Positions 24,245-27,232 of a stretch of 27,232 nucleotides of DNA are shown here, piece by piece. The number at the start of each line of letters is the position of its first letter. The first letter of the stretch is position 1. The notes under the pieces were generated by a model that worked only from the letters and a program-made list of their open reading frames with translations, was not told where the DNA came from and did not search any database. A program made the position numbers and the translations under genes. Source of the stretch: an uncultured bacterium (GTDB taxonomy: Bacteria > Hydrothermota > Tepidihabitantia > Tepidihabitantales > Tepidihabitantaceae). The stretch is taken from the NCBI GenBank assembly GCA_964575495.1, contig CAZNRV010000207.1:1-27232 (forward strand), read 5' to 3'.

Positions 24245-27100
24245 ATGAGGAATTTGAGAGAGTGTCTGATGAATGTCATCCTTGATAGTTGGTTCATAGT
24301 TCTTGGTTCTTGGTTTTTGGTTCGGAGAACTGGGAACTTGGAACTAAGAGCAGGGAACTGTCTGATGCTGGTACTCGTGCCAATATCCTTGGCATTGGCG
24401 GTTCATAGAGCCGATTTCGCTCCCAATCGCTTCATCGTTAAGTTCAAAGGCGAGGTTAAAGCTGCGGTTATTGCCGGCAGAGTTCACACCGGCATTACTG
24501 AAATTGACCGGCTTAATGCGGATTTAGGAATTACCGGCATCTCAGCGCTTTTTCCCGGACCCTTCAATGAATTTGCAGAACGGCTGGGACTCAACCGCGT
24601 GTATCTTTTGACCGCGAGCCAGGCACTTGACATCCAGACCGCGGTCCGGCGATATGCCTCGCTGGATGCAGTGGAGTATGCTGAACCGGATTTCTGCGGT
24701 CGGGCACTGGCGACTGCACCCAATGACCCAAACTACAGCGAACAATGGGGATTTAAAAACACAGGTCAATTGGTTGGCGGCACTGGTCATCCCGGAACCC
24801 CGGGCTGTGACATTGATGCGGAACTGGCTTGGGACATTGAACGGGGGAACCGTGACATCATCGTCGGTAATCTTGACAGCGGTGCAGATATCGACCATGA
24901 GGAGTTGGTGGCAAATTATCAGGCGAGTGTTCTCTGGCACAACTGGGCTGAGGTTCCCGGGAATAATGTCGATGACGACAGCAACGGCTATATTGACGAT
25001 ACCCTCGGTTGGAACTTTGAGGATAGCACTCAAGGGCACCCGAACGGCACCAACAATATTGATGACAACCACGGTCATGGCACCCATACCACGGGCACAA
25101 TTGCCGCCCATACGAATAATAGCACCGGTGGTGCCGGCACCGTTTGGTATGGCCAGGTAATGGCGGTGAAGGTGCTCAATGCCCAGGGCAAGTTCTGGTA
25201 TTCCCATTTGTGCAAGGGCATCTACTATGCGGTGAACAATGGCGCCCGGATTCTCAATATGAGTCTGGGCGGAACACCATATTCGAGCACGCTTGAGGCA
25301 GCGGTTAATTATGCCTGGAATTCGGGCCTGCTGCCGGTTGCGGCGATGGGCAACGATACGCTTAATGATGACAGCACCAAATTCTATCCCGCAGGCTTTG
25401 ACAATGTGATTGCGGTCGGTGCGACCGCCAATGATGATGAGCGCATGGTCAAAAACCACAACGGCTCACGGATGTACAGTATGTGGGGCTCGTGGATTGA
25501 TGTCACCGCGCCCGGCAATAACATCTACTCAACTATGAGGAACAACGGTTATGACTGGTGGTGGGGCACTTCAATGGCAGCACCCCATGTGACCGGCACT
25601 GCCGCACTGCTTTTGAGCCGCAACCCGGATTTAACTCCTGCTGAACTGAAGAACATCATTCAGGCAACTGCTGAGGATTTGGGTGCGCCTGGATTTGATG
25701 TGTACTTCGGTCATGGCCGGATTAACGGCTATCAGGCGCTGCTGCGGGTTGCATTTCTTCCAGGCTGGACCTCGGAGACGCTCCTGATGTCCGGCTATGA
25801 AGCCTGCTTTGAACCGGATAATGCGGTTTCAGGTGCCAATGTCCATCTGGTTTATTCGGACAAAGGTGGAGGTGGCAGGGCAAGAGGGCTTTATTATCTG
25901 CGCAGCACTGATGGCGGCAGAAGTTGGGGACAGGCGCGCCTGCTCACCAGTTATCAAACCAATCTGGCTGACTGGCATCCCAGGCTTGCGGTTTGGGGCA
26001 ATCGGGTTTGCGTTGTGTTTCATGACACCCGAGGGAGTTATTGCGGCGTCTTTTTCAAGCAGAGTACTGACAACGGTCAGAACTGGGGCAATGATTTCCT
26101 GGTAAGCGATTCCACTGTTGAATCCAATCGGGCAGATATCTGCCTTGCCCGCGACACGATTCATGTGGTGTGGAACTGCGGTTACCGGCGTAGCACCAAT
26201 GGCGGCACAGGCTGGGACCTTATTAATAATGGCGTCAGTGGCGATGCGATTGCGGCGAGCAACAGCCGGGTTTTTGTTGCCGGTCGTTTTTTGTCAGGTG
26301 GTTCATATCAGGTGACGGTCAGGCGTTATAACGGCACAGGGTGGGAACCGGCGATAGCGCTGGATACGAACTATAGCTGCTATCCCAATCCGGATGTGGC
26401 GACTGATGGTAATAATGTGTATGTAGTCTGGGATGAGGAAAGGGATGCAGACGGAATTTCTGAAGAGATTGCGCTGCGCCGGAGCACTGATGGCGGTGCC
26501 AGCTGGACCAAGCACCAGCATATTGCCAATGTGGGTGAGAACTATACCTATCGCAACCCCCGCATCTCAGCCGGTCAGGGCAAGGTCAATCTCGTCTGGT
26601 GGGGTGACCGGGACAAATACTGGTCCTGCGAGGTGTATTACAAGCGGAGCACCAACTCAGGTTTGAACTGGGGCAACACCTACCGGCTTTGTTATAACGG
26701 TAACAACGAATTGGATGAAATGCCTGCGGTCGGATTCCTTGCCGATACGGTGCATGTTGTCTGGGACAGAATGGCTTCGGGCACAAAGTCAATTTACTAC
26801 ATTCGCAAAGGGACAACCCAATCAGGTTTGCCTGCTTTTTCAACACTTAAGCCCAGGTTTTCTCCGGGGCTGAGCCCGAATCCGGTTCGTGGGTTGGCGC
26901 GGGTGCGCCTGGATGTGCCTGTCTCAGTACCAATTCAACTGTGCTTATTTGATGTAAGCGGACGGGCGCAAAACTGCCCTTTTTCCATTAACCGCGCGGA
27001 ACTGTGTCTTGACTGCAGAGAAATCCCGGCAGGAGTGTATCTGCTTGAACTGAAGGCAGGGCAATATCAGACAAGGGAGAAACTGATAGTCCAGCATTAG
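24245..27100 (+). CDS. secreted subtilisin-like S8 serine protease with propeptide, BNR/Asp-box propeller and T9SS/Por-like C-terminal domain
   Basis: Catalytic motifs LDSG, HGHGTH and GTSMAAP, oxyanion Asn in AAMGN; Asp-boxes (STDGGRSW, STDNGQNW, STNGGTGW, STDGGASW, STNSGLNW); C-terminal PNPVRG...LFDVSGR...PAGVYLL...KLIVQH. Confidence 0.93.
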   Translation: MRNLRECLMNVILDSWFIVLGSWFLVRRTGNLELRAGNCLMLVLVPISLALAVHRADFAPNRFIVKFKGEVKAAVIAGRVHTGITEIDRLNADLGITGISALFPGPFNEFAERLGLNRVYLLTASQALDIQTAVRRYASLDAVEYAEPDFCGRALATAPNDPNYSEQWGFKNTGQLVGGTGHPGTPGCDIDAELAWDIERGNRDIIVGNLDSGADIDHEELVANYQASVLWHNWAEVPGNNVDDDSNGYIDDTLGWNFEDSTQGHPNGTNNIDDNHGHGTHTTGTIAAHTNNSTGGAGTVWYGQVMAVKVLNAQGKFWYSHLCKGIYYAVNNGARILNMSLGGTPYSSTLEAAVNYAWNSGLLPVAAMGNDTLNDDSTKFYPAGFDNVIAVGATANDDERMVKNHNGSRMYSMWGSWIDVTAPGNNIYSTMRNNGYDWWWGTSMAAPHVTGTAALLLSRNPDLTPAELKNIIQATAEDLGAPGFDVYFGHGRINGYQALLRVAFLPGWTSETLLMSGYEACFEPDNAVSGANVHLVYSDKGGGGRARGLYYLRSTDGGRSWGQARLLTSYQTNLADWHPRLAVWGNRVCVVFHDTRGSYCGVFFKQSTDNGQNWGNDFLVSDSTVESNRADICLARDTIHVVWNCGYRRSTNGGTGWDLINNGVSGDAIAASNSRVFVAGRFLSGGSYQVTVRRYNGTGWEPAIALDTNYSCYPNPDVATDGNNVYVVWDEERDADGISEEIALRRSTDGGASWTKHQHIANVGENYTYRNPRISAGQGKVNLVWWGDRDKYWSCEVYYKRSTNSGLNWGNTYRLCYNGNNELDEMPAVGFLADTVHVVWDRMASGTKSIYYIRKGTTQSGLPAFSTLKPRFSPGLSPNPVRGLARVRLDVPVSVPIQLCLFDVSGRAQNCPFSINRAELCLDCREIPAGVYLLELKAGQYQTREKLIVQH
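24263..24367 (+). mobile_element. 87-bp family B heptamer element bounded by 9-bp direct repeats (MITE-like insertion)
   Basis: TGTCTGATG at 24263-24271 and 24359-24367, 96 nt apart (32 codons); inside are GTTC heptamers followed by inverted GAAC heptamers. Confidence 0.6.
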
Positions 27101-27152
27101 TTAGGTTCACTTCACTGCCCTTCTCATTACGAAATAAAAACAGGTCCATTCT

Positions 27153-27232
27153 CTTGGTTCATAGTTCTTGGTTCGGAGAACTGGGAACTGCCCTGGCAGG
27201 TGCCGAAGGCACTACCTGGAACTAAGAACAGG
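27153..27232 (+). repeat. family B element (truncated by the window end) carrying the mini-hairpin module
   Basis: GGTTCATAGTTCTTGGTTC-GGAGAACTGGGAACT matches 24291-24338 with two fewer heptamers; an extra 27 nt (27190-27216) precede TGGAACTAAGA. Confidence 0.8.

Noticed and set aside
24542-25459. 305-aa antisense ORF inside the S8 gene, and other long nested ORFs in the track
   Set aside because: They overlap well-supported genes on the opposite strand or in another frame and show no motifs; expected shadows at this GC content.

Overview
A 27 kb chromosomal window from a diderm bacterium. Two proteins carry Por/T9SS-like C-terminal sorting tails, which suggests an FCB-adjacent lineage such as WOR-3 (inference only). 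Most of the window is housekeeping or envelope genes: an SLBB polysaccharide-export protein, rpiB, ilvE, tRNA-Met(CAT), surE, an S55 peptidase/beta-propeller pair, a stand-alone ThiN, a TPR protein, an AICAR-transformylase-only PurH, an MFS transporter, lipA, an ABC-2 exporter and an S8 protease. The main result is a minus-strand redox cluster (about 20604 to 14004) containing two probable selenoproteins that the ORF track misses. The first is an Omp28-like thioredoxin-fold lipoprotein split at an in-frame TGA (U-D-Y-C). The second is an uncalled 45-aa membrane peptide ending I-U-L-S-C-M-G-L-V. Each TGA is followed by a SECIS-like hairpin whose apical loop starts 17 nt downstream. They sit with a TlpA-like CxxC protein, a probable outer-membrane barrel with a C-terminal Cys pair, a NapH-like polyferredoxin membrane protein and lipA. 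The window also holds several families of heptamer/REP-like palindromic repeats, some inside coding sequence, including a 96-bp in-frame insertion bounded by a 9-bp direct repeat in the S8 signal peptide. Several promoters are placed so that transcription would start at or near the start codon (probable leaderless mRNAs). No CRISPR array, rRNA or intact transposase was found.
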